This document shows positions 1 to 14,100 of a DNA stretch of 64,000 nt, piece by piece; positions within the stretch are counted from its first letter, which is position 1, and each line of letters opens with the position of its first letter. This stretch comes from Cycas panzhihuaensis. Its lineage: Eukaryota > Plantae > Cycadophyta. The stretch spans positions 106,461,741-106,525,740 of the forward strand of contig CM041465.1 in the NCBI GenBank assembly GCA_023213395.1, given 5' to 3'. The position numbers and the translations under genes were made by a program. The notes below the pieces were generated by a model. The model was not told the DNA's origin. It worked only from the letters and a program-made list of their open reading frames with translations, and ran no database searches.

Positions 1-214
1 TTTGTCAATATATTGACTAATGATTTCATTATATTTTTGGGGTGATTTGCTTATAAATTAAGTCCACACCCTATGCTTTGTATATTAGAGATTATTACAT
101 GTAGAAGCTCTATTGAAATAGAGATGCACCATGTAACAAATTTACCCCTAATGTATTTCTACTATATTTTTCTCTATTGTCTTATATTTTGATCTTAATT
201 TATGAGTTCTTTAT

Positions 215-2935
215 GTGAATGCATATTGATTTAGATCTTATCACTTGATTTAACAAAGATCCCATAAATATCTACCCATACCACCATCCCGAGAGAAATC
301 AAATAAATTACCAAGGAGCTTATACATCAAGAATATATTTTGACTAATACTAGTCCCTTTACATCACCAATTATAATAAATCATAAGAAAGATGGTTCTT
401 ACCACACGTGTATAGATTATTAGGGGCTTAATAAGCTTACCATCAAGAATCATTATTCCATTTCACGAATTGATGATTTATTTGATGAAATATATGGAGC
501 AAAATATTTCTCAAAATTTGATCTTCGCTCAAGGTACTATCAAATTCATATCAAAGAAGAGGACATATACAAAACCACTCTCCATATATATATAAAGGTC
601 TATTTGAGTTTTGGATTATGCTATTTGGGTTAACAAACACCACAACCACCTTTTAGAGTACGATGAACACAATATTTAAACCCTTCTTACACAAATTTGT
701 GCTCTACTTTTTTTTTATGATATTGTAATTTACAACTCAACTTAGGAAGAACATTTAGAACATATCAAGACTGTACTACAAATTCTCAAAAGTAATCAAT
801 TCTTTACTAATAAAAATAAGTGCACTTTTGGGAAGACTAAGTTGGAATATCTAGGGTATATTATTATGCAAGAGGCTACTAAAATGGATCTAAAAAAAGT
901 TTAAGTAATAATAGAGTGGAACACATCTAAAAATATAATAGAAGTAAAAAGTTTCTTAGGAGTAGTGAGATTTCTTTGAAGATTCATTAGAAGATACACA
1001 CACATTGCCTCTCTTTTAACTAACCTCACAAAAAGGGATGATTTTATATGGAATCTAATAATAGAAGGTGCCTTTTAAGAATTGAAAAAAGGTAATGATC
1101 ACAACTCTTATCTTGACAACCCTTGATTTCTCTCAAACATTCACCTTGGAGTGTGATGTATCTAGAATGGCAATAGGGCAGTCCTCCTCCAAAATAATCG
1201 ACCATTGGCATATGAGAGTTGTAAGTTAAACACCAATGAGTGACTTAAACTAATTTATAATAAATAAATGCTTCTAATAATATATTCCATACACCAATGG
1301 CGATAATACTTACTCAAAAATAGGTTTGTAATCAAACCAGACCATGACAACCTTAAACATTTTCTCAATCAAAAGTCGTTAGCAGACAAATAACATAAGT
1401 GGGTAAGTAAACTCCACACCTTCAACTTTAGCATTTTATACAAAAAGAGAAAAGAGAACATTTTTGTAGATGCCTATCTCAAATACCAAAAGACAAGAGA
1501 GAGGATGTCTCCCTATAAGTAATCTTTGTATCTACGCAAAGTTGGACACAAGAGTTAGCTAAAGAGTAGTAGAATAACCCTCTCTCAAAAGGCACTAAAG
1601 GCAATCCAAGAATGAGAGACCACAAAATATGAATTATAGGGAACCTTAATTTTATAAAAGGGAAAAACATTTATACCAACAACATCAACTTTGAAGGAAA
1701 AAATACTTAAGAAAGCTCACTTCATTCTGATCGTCAGTCACACAGGGATCAATAAAACATCACCACAAATTATGGAGCATATTCTTTTGGAAAGAGATAA
1801 AAGAAGATGTCTATAATTTCATCATAGAATGAAACTCTTACCAAAGAAACAAAAGTGAAAGTGTAAAACATCTTATCCTTTTCTAACAACTATACATACC
1901 TCAACAAAAGTAGGAAGATATCTCAATGGACTTCATTATTAGATTAACTACATCTAAAGATAAGGATGTTATCTTTATAGTTATTGATAGGCTAACTAAA
2001 TATGCTCATTTCAAGGGGATATGGTCTACAATGAAATCCAACCAAGTCATAGAAATCTTCATGAAGGAAATACATCTCCTACACAAGCTTCCTAAGGTAA
2101 TAGTCAGTTATCATGATCTAAAAATTCTCTAGTTATTTATGACAAGATCTATTCAAATTGGCTGACACAAAATTATCCATGAATATAATGTATCACCCCC
2201 AAATAAATGAATAAATAAAATTAATAAATAAATGCTTAGAAGGATACCAGTAAAACCTTACATTAGATAAACAACACTTATGGCACAAATGGACCCATCT
2301 CATTGAATGGTGGAATAACACCATGTATTATATGTCAGTAAAGATGACCCTATTCCATGCACTCTATGGTTTTAAATTCCCATCTATCCTCACATAGACA
2401 AGGGTCTCATGCATGCAATCTATTTAAGAACATAAAAAATAGACAAAGCAAATAATTTGAATACTGAAAGATAACTTAAACACAATTAGGAATTGAATGA
2501 AGCAACAACCAAATTTGCATAGATCAAAAAGATCTTTTTTAATGGGGAATTGGGTTTTCTTAAGAGTCAAACTATATAAACAATCCACTATAAGATAAAA
2601 AAACAAGCAAAATTTGTAACCATGATTTTTTGGTCTATATTAAATCATAGATAAAGTAGGAGAAGTAGCATACAGATTAGCACTACCATAAGGGAACCTA
2701 ATCCATTATGTTTTCTATGTCTCATGCCTGAAGAAAAAAATCGGGCAAGAGCACCCCTTAATCAAAATTACCAGAGCTAGATGAAGAGGGAAAAATCAGT
2801 ATTAAACCAAAAGAAATCCTTTAAACTTGGATGAAGAGACTACATTCTAGATAAATCTAGGAATATCTTATAAAATAGAACACCCTAAATCAAGAAGACA
2901 TAACATGGAAATTAGAAGAATGGTATCAACATTGC
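215..2935 (+). pseudogene. Ty3/Gypsy chromovirus pol remnant (RT, RNase H, integrase, chromodomain), many stops and frameshifts
   Basis: Motifs in Gypsy order: CIDY*GLNKLTIKNHY, FDLRSRYYQI, F(F)YDI (decayed FFDD), LECDVS, SMDFI/VIDRLTKYAHF (ORF 1926-2132), and a chromodomain-like EYLIK*..EDITW near 2860-2910. Clearly homologous to the units at 35.8-45.3 kb. No PPT or 3' LTR follows. Confidence 0.9.
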
Positions 2936-2944
2936 TTTAATAAG

Positions 2945-4200
2945 ATCATGTTTAACTATCATACCAATCACTTAGACCATAGTTGATTGTCGTCCCACCT
3001 ACCACCCTTCAATAGTTATGTGGATATACATACCTTACTACTCTGACATCCTCAATTACCATTGGTTACAACTCTGCATTATGGGTTGCATCTCTCATTT
3101 TTGCCTTTTATGGATAGTTCATGGTAAAATGCCTGCACTCATTGCACCCAAATCATCTAATCTCTCCCAAGTTCCTCAAGATGTTTCCCCATGAAAAATT
3201 AGGTTTTGTGTTCCTCTAAATAGAATTATATGTTCTTCCTCCTTGGCTAAATCTAGGAAGTCCAAAATTCTCTCTTGATGGCCTTCTTTTACTCAATTCT
3301 TTCCCTTCCAACTAACTAATTTATCTTGCAATCTTGATCACTGGTTTTCATAGTGCCTAGCTTTACATATAACTTCCTTTAGAGTTTGGGTTCATCTTAA
3401 TTCTTTTTTGTACACTTCTATTCAACCCATTGATAAACTTATGAGTTTTCACTTGCTCCTCTTGGATATATAGCACATACTAAAGCAATTCCATAAACTT
3501 TCTTTTGTATTCATCTACTTACCTCCTCTAATTTAGTTCATGGAAGGTCTCTACCTTCTTATCATAATACTATTTAGAAAGGTATTTCTATTTGAAATAC
3601 TTTATAAACTTACTCCATTGTATAACTCTTTCCCAAAATCCTTTTATCTTATTGTGGTGCTCTCACCACAAATATGCCTTCCCTGTTAGATTATACAACA
3701 CTACTCTTACTTACTCATTAAAACTGAAGTCATTTAAGCCAAAGTATTTTTCCATATTCAACAACCACGATTCAACGTCCTCCTTATTTTTGACTTGTCT
3801 GTTGAAAGTTGGCAGTTTCATCATCCTCATCTTGAATTACAAGATACTTCTCCTACCTTCTCAACCTTGGGGTTTTATTATAATACATAGCATCGAAGGA
3901 GTAATATTCTTCATTGTGATCTCATGTTCTTTTTTTAGTTCTTATATTAGAATGCTCATGAGTTAATAATGCTTATGATCTACTCCTTCTTTTGTTGCTT
4001 CTCATGTTTTGGATCTACTCTATTTTCTCTTGCCCCATGGTCCTCTAAATGTTATAGAGCATTGTCTCATGATTTTTTTAGAATTTACTCATTGCCTTCC
4101 TTATAACTTCTCAACTTCTCTCTTAGTTAATAGATAGTTTCTACCAAGGCCAAGAATACATCAATATATATGGGTCCTCTCTGGATTGGAATTTCTTTTG
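2945..4200 (-). pseudogene. Ty3/Gypsy gag and start of protease, decayed (Tekay/Del-like)
   Basis: The reverse strand reads DVESWLLNMEKYF...YNLTGKAYLW (Retrotrans_gag-like), a decayed knuckle FGCNECRHFTMNYP near 3110-3155, and GRQSTMV*VIGMI (protease N-terminus), truncated at about 2945. Confidence 0.75.
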
Positions 4201-4349
4201 TTTCCATTCCTTTGACAATAATATCTTGTTAGCCCTCTTGAATAATTTGTATTTCACTTCTCAAGCCCCACATTCTCTACTTAACAAAATGACCTATAAC
4301 CTCTATGTTTATGCTTCAAACTTATAACTTGTCAAGGTTTAGCCTATGA

Positions 4350-5330
4350 AACCTTACCAAAAAATCTATTAATATTGCAATTTGCATAACCTCAGTGGCA
4401 ACTTATCAACATTACAATTTATCCAACCTTAACAGCAAATTGGCAATGCTATAATTTATAAAACCTAGGTAGCAAGTTCCAATTTCTAAAATCTAGGCAA
4501 CAAATTGTACATTTTGAATATGAGCAATAACTTTTTAATATTACACTCTAAAATCTAGAAAGTAACTTACCAATGTTCCAAATTTTCCAAACCCTGGTAG
4601 TAATTAATCAATATTACAATCTATGAAACCAAAGTAATAATCATTTAATATTATAATTTTTGGAACCTTGGCAATAATCTATTTATGTTACAGTTTGTGA
4701 AATCTTAGCAGTAGCTTATTAATCTTGTAATTATTGGTACCCTAAAAGAATTTTGTCAATAGTATAGCCTTTAGAATATTGATTAGAAATTTATTATTCT
4801 TATAATTTAAAACATCTTAATTACAATATATAAGAACTTTACAACTTTTAGAATCTTAGCAAAAAATTAATCAATATTGTAATTATCAAATTCTAATCTC
4901 AAAATAATTTCTTACAACTTCTTATAAATTTTCTTTTTGAAACCCTAACAATTCTTGTTGCTAGTTAGATTTAGGTTCTTTGCAGGTTATATGATGTTTT
5001 CACATCACTGCTTTGGTAAGATTTCTCTTTTTTTTTAGGTCCAACTTCAATTTTGAAATTCCAACAACCTCTTTGCAACTTTAGACCAACTCTATTATTC
5101 TTATATTTATAAAATCTTTATAAAAATATGTTATTATTAAAGTTCATAAAACCCTAACAATCGTCTTCAATAGTTATAACTTGCAAGATATTAGTTGCAA
5201 TATGTCAAACCTTAATATTAAAGCCTCGACAATATCTTTACAAGCTTCAAATTAAGTTTCAAAAATTTATCAATAATGTAATCTACCAACAATGTAATTT
5301 GTTATTCTTTAATTCTATAATTTTAAGTTT
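4350..5330. repeat. Degenerate ~37-bp tandem minisatellite in the leader of the minus-strand Gypsy
   Basis: Units start AACC/AATC at 4350, 4388, 4425, 4462 and onward. Approximate consensus AACCYTRGCARYAAYTTATCAATRTTRCAATTT. Clearest over 4350-4900. Confidence 0.7.
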
Positions 5331-5813
5331 AAAAGATCTAACAAACCTATAAGTTGTTGGTTAAATAAATCTCAACCCTACACACTTTAAGGTAAGTTTT
5401 AACTAGGTCTTTATAAGCTCCTCACTATTAGAACCTTTATGTTCTATTGTTAAATTATGTATTATGTAAAGTTACTCTATCACTTAAATGTGTAAAGTAC
5501 CAAGTTGTCCTAAATGAGTTCATCGAAAGCTCGAGATATGTTTTATAAATTTATCAAAATCATTTACCCAATAGAAATGATAAACTCAGGTGAACATAGG
5601 TACTTAAGTATTTATAACACAAATTCCTTTTGGATGTAATAACTCATACAAGGGAAGAAGAAAATAAGTATATTCTCTTAAGTAAAGTAATATGTAAGTG
5701 ACACAATATAAAGGAGATGAGAGCCAACTAGATTGTAATAAAGGGATTCACTACATAACTAATCATAATCGTAAAGAGGAATGTTCTCCCAAGATGAAGT
5801 ACTTGATATGAGT

Positions 5814-6082
5814 TGTTGTAGATCTAATCCTGTAACTACTCAAGATAGAGAAACAGAAAGAGAAATGGTAGAAAGAAGATAAAGAAGAAGGTAAAGTTTT
5901 GAAGAACATTCATTAACATAACACCATATGTCCTCTCTTTATAATAGAGTGGGGTATATATAGCACTAAGCCCTTACATTATTATATTCCTACTTCTAAG
6001 CTGACCAATCCCCTATTTATGTACTATTAACCTATACTCTCACTAACCTTAACCTATTCTCATGTGGTGGAAGATCATAACA
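5814..6082 (-). repeat. 3' LTR of non-autonomous element
   Basis: Aligns over its full length with 8552-8820. Confidence 0.9.
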
Positions 6083-7340
6083 AGCCCTCTCCTCTAAGAT
6101 GCTTTGCTCTTGAAGCATCCTTATACATTGATACATGTGACTACCTCTTACTACTACTATCTAATTGATAGGTCATATAAAGGTCATTAGAAAAGTCTCA
6201 CATGGAATGGGGATCTATCTATCCCAAGTAGATTTTAATATACTTCAAATATTCTCTAATATTCCTTAGATATCTATAATGTTAAAATCTCAAGCTCAAA
6301 CGATGTGCTTATATAGAGTATTTAGTTGATGAGCACCTTGCTTAATAAATTTTGCCACGTTGGGTCTCTTGATAATGTGGATAATGATATGGTCCTACTT
6401 TAGTTTATCTTTCAACCTTTGATAATACCTTTTCTTCCTTGTCCTTAACTGCATTTGGTGGTGTGATGTGGCAAATAACTTCTAGTACTTACTCTTAAGA
6501 TTCCTTTTCTCCTTCATTATTCTTTTGTTATTCCTAACTCTGTGAAATGAGGAAAATTCCTTGTCCCACCTTACAATTAAAACTCTCTAATATTTGGTGA
6601 TCTTTTTATTTTTCTTGTTCGAGGTTCTACATCTCATGCCACTAAGAATTATTATATTTCATACAAGTAGTTGATTATAGCTAATTAACTCTATATTACT
6701 TATTAAACCAAAGGTAGGTCTCACCTTATATAGATATAATGAGGCTATTTTAGACATTTCTTTATTGTTCAAGTAGTTATCAATAAATAATCTTAAATAT
6801 AGATGCATATCTATGACATAGTCATCTATAATAAGAGTTTCATCTATATTAAACATGCTCGGTATGGGCCTTTAGGTAGTTATAATAATGTGAAGATAGG
6901 AAATCCTAAGGTGTGTCTATAACCAGATAGCCTCGTTAATATAATCTTTTTTTTTTCTTAATACAAGAAAATATTATGGCCTCAAGAGCAATGGTATGCA
7001 ACCAAGGTCTAAATAATAAAAAATAGTAAAAAAAATAAATTCTAAAATGATATGCAACTCCAAGGTGAAACTTGAAATATTAATATCTATTATAGGAAAA
7101 GCCTAAAATATGTCTTATAATAGTCTAAACTAAAGCTCTTAAAATAAAGAATCTAATAAGATTAAATTTTAAATTTATATAAAGAATATATAGCTGAAAG
7201 TTTGGACATAAGTACTAATATTTTATAAGGACCCTTTTTAACTAATCTTAAGCCCTTTTACAAAAATAATTTAGTCACCTTATACTCACGTGACCACTGG
7301 CTAAAAGCAATGGGGGTAGATTCCATGTAAACCTCTAAAT

Positions 7341-7342
<2 letters not shown>

Positions 7343-7389
<47 letters not shown>
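7343..7389. repeat. (TG)n microsatellite
   Basis: About 23 perfect TG units. Confidence 0.98.
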
Positions 7390-7391
<2 letters not shown>

Positions 7392-8551
7392 TCACAACCA
7401 TTACAAATAAAAATTTCCCTATGTAGCTACTACCATTAGGGATTGTTATGTTTGATCAGTAGGTAATTAGGCTGTAATTGTAACCATTGATGGGCAACTT
7501 CTTTTCTTGTCATGTATGACTTTAACAATAACTAGCATATGCTTCTAATCTCATATCTGAGACATGTAATAAGTGAAAAGAAAAGGGGGTTAATTTGTCT
7601 CAAAATTAATGGACCTTAAGATGCACCCTAATATTGATCATGTGGGGCTTACAATGTAATACTAGTCCTCCATGGATCATGAACAACCACGTAGCTAGGG
7701 ATGCATCAATCTTTTGAAATAAGGATGAAAACTTAGATATGTCATCGTGAATGCGATAAGAAACAATAGTCTCCTCCTCACACAAAATGATAACAGATCT
7801 TTAAAACCCCAATAGCATGGTGAACAAACCCACACAAATATATTTTCTCCTAGGTATACAAATATATCACAGAAGGAACACATATAAAATATAGACATAA
7901 ATAAGATATCATGAATAATAAGAGAGCAAGTTGAATTTTACTATAATACATTCATTAAACCCTGCATATTTACCCAACGGGAGATCCTACAATGTATCCA
8001 TATTGGATTAGCAACCAATAGGCTAGGAAAGATATAGTTATCAAATTGGAAAGGCATAATAGTATTATCCCAAACACAATTAAGACATGAAATAAGAAAG
8101 AGTACATATGTCTACTTATTAAGTGTGAAACTACACTACAACTAAAGAAATACCCATAGGCATAGTTAGAATATAATTTACCTCAAGTTTGTCATTGACC
8201 AAACCATGAGAGTGCTCATCTGACAGTGATGATATCTACTGAAGGGGCACAATTATAAGCTTACAATGCTTCATCAAATAGATATTAGGGCATTAACAAA
8301 CACCATATCAATCTCAACACAACAAACTTATGGTAAAAAAATAGAGTCAGACTCACCAAAATTCAAACTAAAGCGAAATCAACAATGTTTTAAAACTTTA
8401 ACTTGTAAACAAAAGAATGGGAGGTAGATGGGTGGGTAATCAAATCATCTCACAAGATTACTAATCCTCTAATAATATTGTATCTTCAAAACCTACAAAA
8501 AATAAGGAAGAATGGGGGAAAAAATGCCCTTACCCTAGCTTTGATACCACT

Positions 8552-8820
8552 TGTTATAAGTCTAATCCTATAACCACTCATGATAGAGAAATAGGAAAAG
8601 AAATAGTAGAAAGAAGACAAAGAAGAAGGTAAAGTTCCAAAGAACATTCATTAACATAACACCATATGTCCTCTCTTTATAATAAAGTGGGGTATATATA
8701 TCATTAATCCTATATATTATTATATTCATATCTTTAAGCTAACCAATCTTCTACCTTTGTATTATTAACCTCTACTCTCACTAACCTTAACCTATTTTCA
8801 TGTGGTGGAGGATCATAACA
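8552..8820 (-). repeat. 5' LTR of non-autonomous element
   Basis: Adjacent to a tRNA-iMet-type PBS (minus strand TGGTATCAAAGC). Confidence 0.9.
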
Positions 8821-10866
8821 TGAATGTTGGGGTACTGGTGATTTACATTTCACTCAAACCCCAACTAAATCCCTTTTTAGAAGTCTTCTTTAGCTTGGAA
8901 TTCTATAGATAATTATTATTGTAACCTTTGTAATCTCTACTATAATCATTTATAATTTTTAAAACATGACCCTCAAACCCAAATCAAGAAATGCCCTCCA
9001 CATATGTTTCACTGCTAAAACAATCTTAAAGGACTACCCTAATATGTAGTAATGTCTCATACCATACTACTAATAATAAACCATGACAATTATAGCATAG
9101 GGAACTCAACTCACCCTACCTCACCTTGTAACTTTAACACTTATAAAGTAGTCTAAGGAGATTATGATAGTAGATCACAAGCATGCATATGTTATAAACT
9201 AATCAAATTCTTAGGCTTAATGGTAGTAATCAACAATATAGCTATAAAGAGGACTCATTTAGCTCTTATACTCAAGGTAATTAGAGCATAGAGGACTAAG
9301 CTCAATTTTACCATAAAATTGTCCAAATAGTCTCTTCTGGAAGTGCATATCTAGGCTAAAGTTCCTCACGTGAATTGAATATTAAGAAACCAATAGCTAA
9401 GCATCCACCAAGATAAATCTCAAAAACTTTCCAAGATTTTTCAACAAGTTTTATGAAGAAATAGGAATTCTATCCAAAGAGGTTTTCCTATAAACAAAGC
9501 ATATTTCTACGACTATTTGATTCCAAATAACTTTTGTTGTAATTATGGATAATTAACAAAAATAGTATCATTAGTTGTAAATACTTTTCAGCTACCACAT
9601 ATCCAAAATTCGAAGCTAAACTCCAAGATTAAGTCTTCCAAAATCTATTTGGTTACTCCTTGCCCTTTCATAGAAATCTACATTGTGCATAGATAACTCT
9701 TCTCCTATCTATCCCATTTATAAAACTAGCAAAAGATCCTTTCTTCCTAAAATTTCTCCCCCTACATTTCCTCCTATGTGTAATTTGGTTAGTTTCCATA
9801 AATGCTATTAAAGTTAAGTGAAAGTTATGGGTCATAGTGGCTGGAATAACACATATAGTGGTTGCCAAAAATGGCTCTCAATCATAACTATCAACTACCC
9901 TCTATTTCTGTTTCCAAGAATATCTCTTCATGGAGAATCTTTGAGTGTTTTCTATATGTTCAAACATTTAAAAAACTTTAATTTGAGTTATTCAAAATTG
10001 GTATGAAGTAGTTATGGTCCAAACTATATGATTTTACCACCTATTCCTTTATTTCTATATTTTGGTAATTTTTTGGGTAATTTTTTTGCTATTAGAGGCT
10101 TATCCATAGGTTTGTGAGAGCTTTCTTTATTACTTATTCACGTGACTATTTATCTATGCACCTGCAAACCTGTGGGTAGTTTCCTTCATATTCCTTCATT
10201 TGTAATCTTGTTCTTGAGCATTTTTTAGTTCATCTCTCATTGATCCAATTGTGAACTTGCATGCAACCTTTATTCAATAGACTTAGCCTAAATGTCTACT
10301 TTGAAACTTCATAACTTTTCACTTTGGTGTCTATTTTTAGAGTTTCACTAGACATTGGAAAGCTTCAAATGTGTTCTTCCACTTAGAGAAATCTTTCACT
10401 ATAAATTATATCCATTAACTAATCTCTTTATATCCCAAATATGTTTATAGATATTTATACCTATTTTCTACCCTTAAAATTAATTTTTCCCTCTATTCCT
10501 CCCTTGTCATGTTAGGTGTTCCCCTATATGTATTTCCCCTTTAAACAATTTAGTTGGCTTTTGTATTATACAAGCCACATCAAAAGTAAGAATTACATCT
10601 CTTGAGGTGTTAGAAGAAATAACTCTAACACCTTGAACATAACACATCATAGACAAACTATCTACCCTAATGATCTAGAGTCAATGCATCCTCATGCTTA
10701 GTGGAGCATAGAACAAGCTTCTACCTTATATATGAGGAATAGAAATCAAAGTTAGATGGTGCACCCATAACACCTAGTGGAGCATGGAATAAGCTTCCTC
10801 CTTACATAGGGTAAATAAAGTTATGAGGTAAAAAAATTTACATTGATACAAAAGATAAAGGGGGAA

Positions 10867-11110
<244 letters not shown>

Positions 11111-11149
11111 CATGAGTGAGAAGTAACCTATGTAAGGAAAATAAGGAGA

Positions 11150-14100
11150 TTTAGCTACCTCAAAGTTGCATCTTTATAGTATCAAAGATGGTGCAAGCAT
11201 ATTCATGTGAAGTAGGTATAATAGGAATGAACCTATATATGTGAAGTAAGCATGTGTGAGCCTATATAAAAGATCATGAAGGAAGAGATTATTGGAATCA
11301 TAATAGAATCATAAGCCAATGTAGAGCTATGCTAGATGCATTTAATCTAGAAACTAGGAATATGCTAGTAGTGACCAGTTAAGATGAATACTAGACATTC
11401 AAAAATTGATGGTAATGTTGTGTTATGAGTTTTTTAAATTTGTGGACAATTATAATCCATGTGTGACCATAGATTTCTATATCATGTACATGTTGAATGT
11501 ACATCCATAAGTTTGAAAACTACAAATGAAATGCAACCTCCCATGTAGTTCTATACACTCTACAAAGGAGTGTTAGTATGAGTCAATACACTGTAAGAGC
11601 AAGCAGTACCCAATACCATTAATATGTTACCATAAAATAAGAGGTATTTGAGGTAACATTCACACACATGGTGATGATCTTCATCATTCGAGCATGATCC
11701 ATTATGTTATGTAGGTTGTTGAAGATAGGAGAGATTCCAAAGTTAATTACAAGGGTTTTAGGAGAAAGATCCACTATTGGGAGTTTTAGTATAGATCCAT
11801 GATGCTAGTTGAAATAGGTTGCAAGCATGTAATGCAAAGTTGAGAAGAGATTCTTATTTCAAACCAATTCTAAAGGTAATACCAATTGTAAAGAACTTAA
11901 AAATGGCAACAATGTGAAGAATATCAAAGGAGAACAAAACTAGGATAGTATAAAAAGGACCACTAAAAGATAGTTCTACAACATATATTTAAATATGAAG
12001 GTAAGCATCACTTCCAAGAATTATTGAATAATTGAATGACATGAATAATTATTGTTTAATGAAATTTGGTAGAGCATGTACAAACTCGTAGGGTATGTAA
12101 GATGGTTATGGACATAGTAAGGTAACAATGGCAGATTTACAAGTTTAACAAGTATGAAGTCTTAATGACATACTAGTAAATGAGAGCTCGACATTGTTTA
12201 GGAATCACTTTAGTTTAGAAGTGAATATAAATGTTTTTCTTTGTGAGGTATTATAAACCAATCCATAGTTAAATATGTGTTTTTTTAGTATTGGATGAGA
12301 ATCTCACAAAGTAAGTTAAAGATGCCCATAGAAGATTACTACTAATAGGTTGGATACCAAGTATCTCTAACTATTTAGCAGATCAACCAATTTGAATGAT
12401 GAAGGTGAAAGAGTCCATTAATTGAAGAGGAAAGTAGAAATAATAAATAATTCATTATTAAGTCTATGAAACCCTCATGTTGAATTGTTACCCAATATGC
12501 TGTAGAAAAAGGAGTTTGCATGGCTCAATGACTCAAAAAAAATAAATGCAATGAATAGACAAGGAGGTCGTAAATAACAACAAAATCATTGGATGCAGAT
12601 TTTTTAGATAACTTGTAGTTGTAAAAAGTATTTGAAGTAGATTTAGACATGGAGACAAGATCATTGATGATAACAATGAATGGGTCATTCAAAGGCCAAA
12701 CATATTGCATGATTTCATTAGAAATTATGATGGGACAAACCCTAGAGACAACTCATACCAAGTCACATAGTGTCACAAAAAATTCAATTGCAGAAGTTTC
12801 AAGAGGAGACAACTAATAAGAAAACTTAAAGCAAATCAATTCTAATGATAAGGCCAATTCTAAAATTTAAAGTTGTAAGGCAAAACATTCATTCTTTACA
12901 TTCAATAAGCCCAAGAAGGGCAATTTTCAATTGTGGGGGAGTTGTTAAGGTACTATAGAAGTGACAAATCTGGGTAAAAAATGAATTATTATCAATGTTG
13001 TTGAGCATTAATTGCCATGTATTATTGAAGAAGAACAAATCTATATGATGAAGGAAAAATAAACCAATTATTCATTAGACCATAGGGCATAATCACTATT
13101 CAAAGTAGAAGTTGGAGTGCTAATCATAGTTGAGTAATCATGGATGGATTGAAAGATGAGTGTGTTGGATAGAATCATAGTAAGCAGTGCATCAAACATG
13201 CCAAGCTAGCACACTACTAGGAGGGCCAAACCTCGGAAGAACTCATGAATAATGACCTTAAGCTTGGAAAGCTAAGAAAAGCTAGTGTTAGTAGAAGTTT
13301 GTTAAGCATAAAAATATAAGACATAGGTTCTCAGCTCATTAGCACGACTTGTAGAGAACCTACCATGGCCAAAAATCATGTTATTCAAAGATTGAATCAA
13401 TGGAGAAAAGCCCTTGAAAATGAAAAATCCATTAGGTGAATGATGAAGTCTAACTATGGAATATCAACCCAATGAAGTGGTAAGTATTGACATTAAAAGC
13501 AAACAATGTAAGAAGAAATTTGAGAAGAGGAAAAGCTTCCTGTGAGGAAGTACCTATGCTTGTTAAGTGGTAGTAATATGTGGGTCAAATATTATGGTCT
13601 TTTTATTTCTTGCATTTGAAATACTTGTAATAGGAAAAGGAGGTCAAACACCATTTGTACTAAAGTTGCTTACTAAAGAGATAAATGAAGAGCATTAATC
13701 AAAGAATAGAGTTGTTTGACATTGTTGTCATGAGAAAAGTCAATCATAGTACTAAGATATAACTATCCATTTGTGGTTGTTCATTCATAAAGAGACATTG
13801 CTAAGATTCAAAGCCAAAGCTCACTAAAGGGTTGACTCAAAGTCTCAAACATAGCATGTCAAAGAGCAAGCAAAGAGATGATTTAGCTCACTCTTCAAAG
13901 TGATTACAAATTTGTGGAACTCTAATTGTGCTATCAAAGGCTATAAACTTAAGGATTTATCTAATTCATGAGTCATCCAAAGCTTGAGACTGAAGAGATT
14001 GAAGAAACCCCACAAGAATTTAGAGACTATGTAAAGCTCACAAACCAAAGACCAAAAACCCTATGGAAATAAATAACCAAATTTTTTATTGTCTAAAAAT

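Larger units (their letters stand above)
5814..8820 (-). mobile_element. Non-autonomous 3.0-kb LTR element with 269-bp LTRs
   Basis: Direct repeats 5814-6082 and 8552-8820 (TG...CA), PBS gctttgatacca at 8538-8549, PPT complement ccctctcctct just after 6082, and TSD TGAGT/TGAAT (1 transition). Only coding stubs remain inside. Confidence 0.9.

Noticed and set aside
2921-2930. tggtatcaac resembling an iMet PBS
   Set aside because: Not preceded by an LTR ending in CA; it is the end of the chromodomain reading frame (EEWYQ).
3592-3966. Hydrophobic ORFs such as 3592-3966, 22521-22892, 26058-26426 and 43814-44119 as membrane or env proteins
   Set aside because: They are antisense shadows of A-rich gag/pol sequence.
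4350-4900. CRISPR-like periodicity
   Set aside because: Units are contiguous diverged repeats with no constant-repeat/unique-spacer structure and no cas genes, in a eukaryotic context.
10697-10808. Two ~35-bp copies of tagtggagcatRgaaYaagctt spaced 75 bp apart
   Set aside because: An ordinary local duplication in probable LTR sequence with no further structure.
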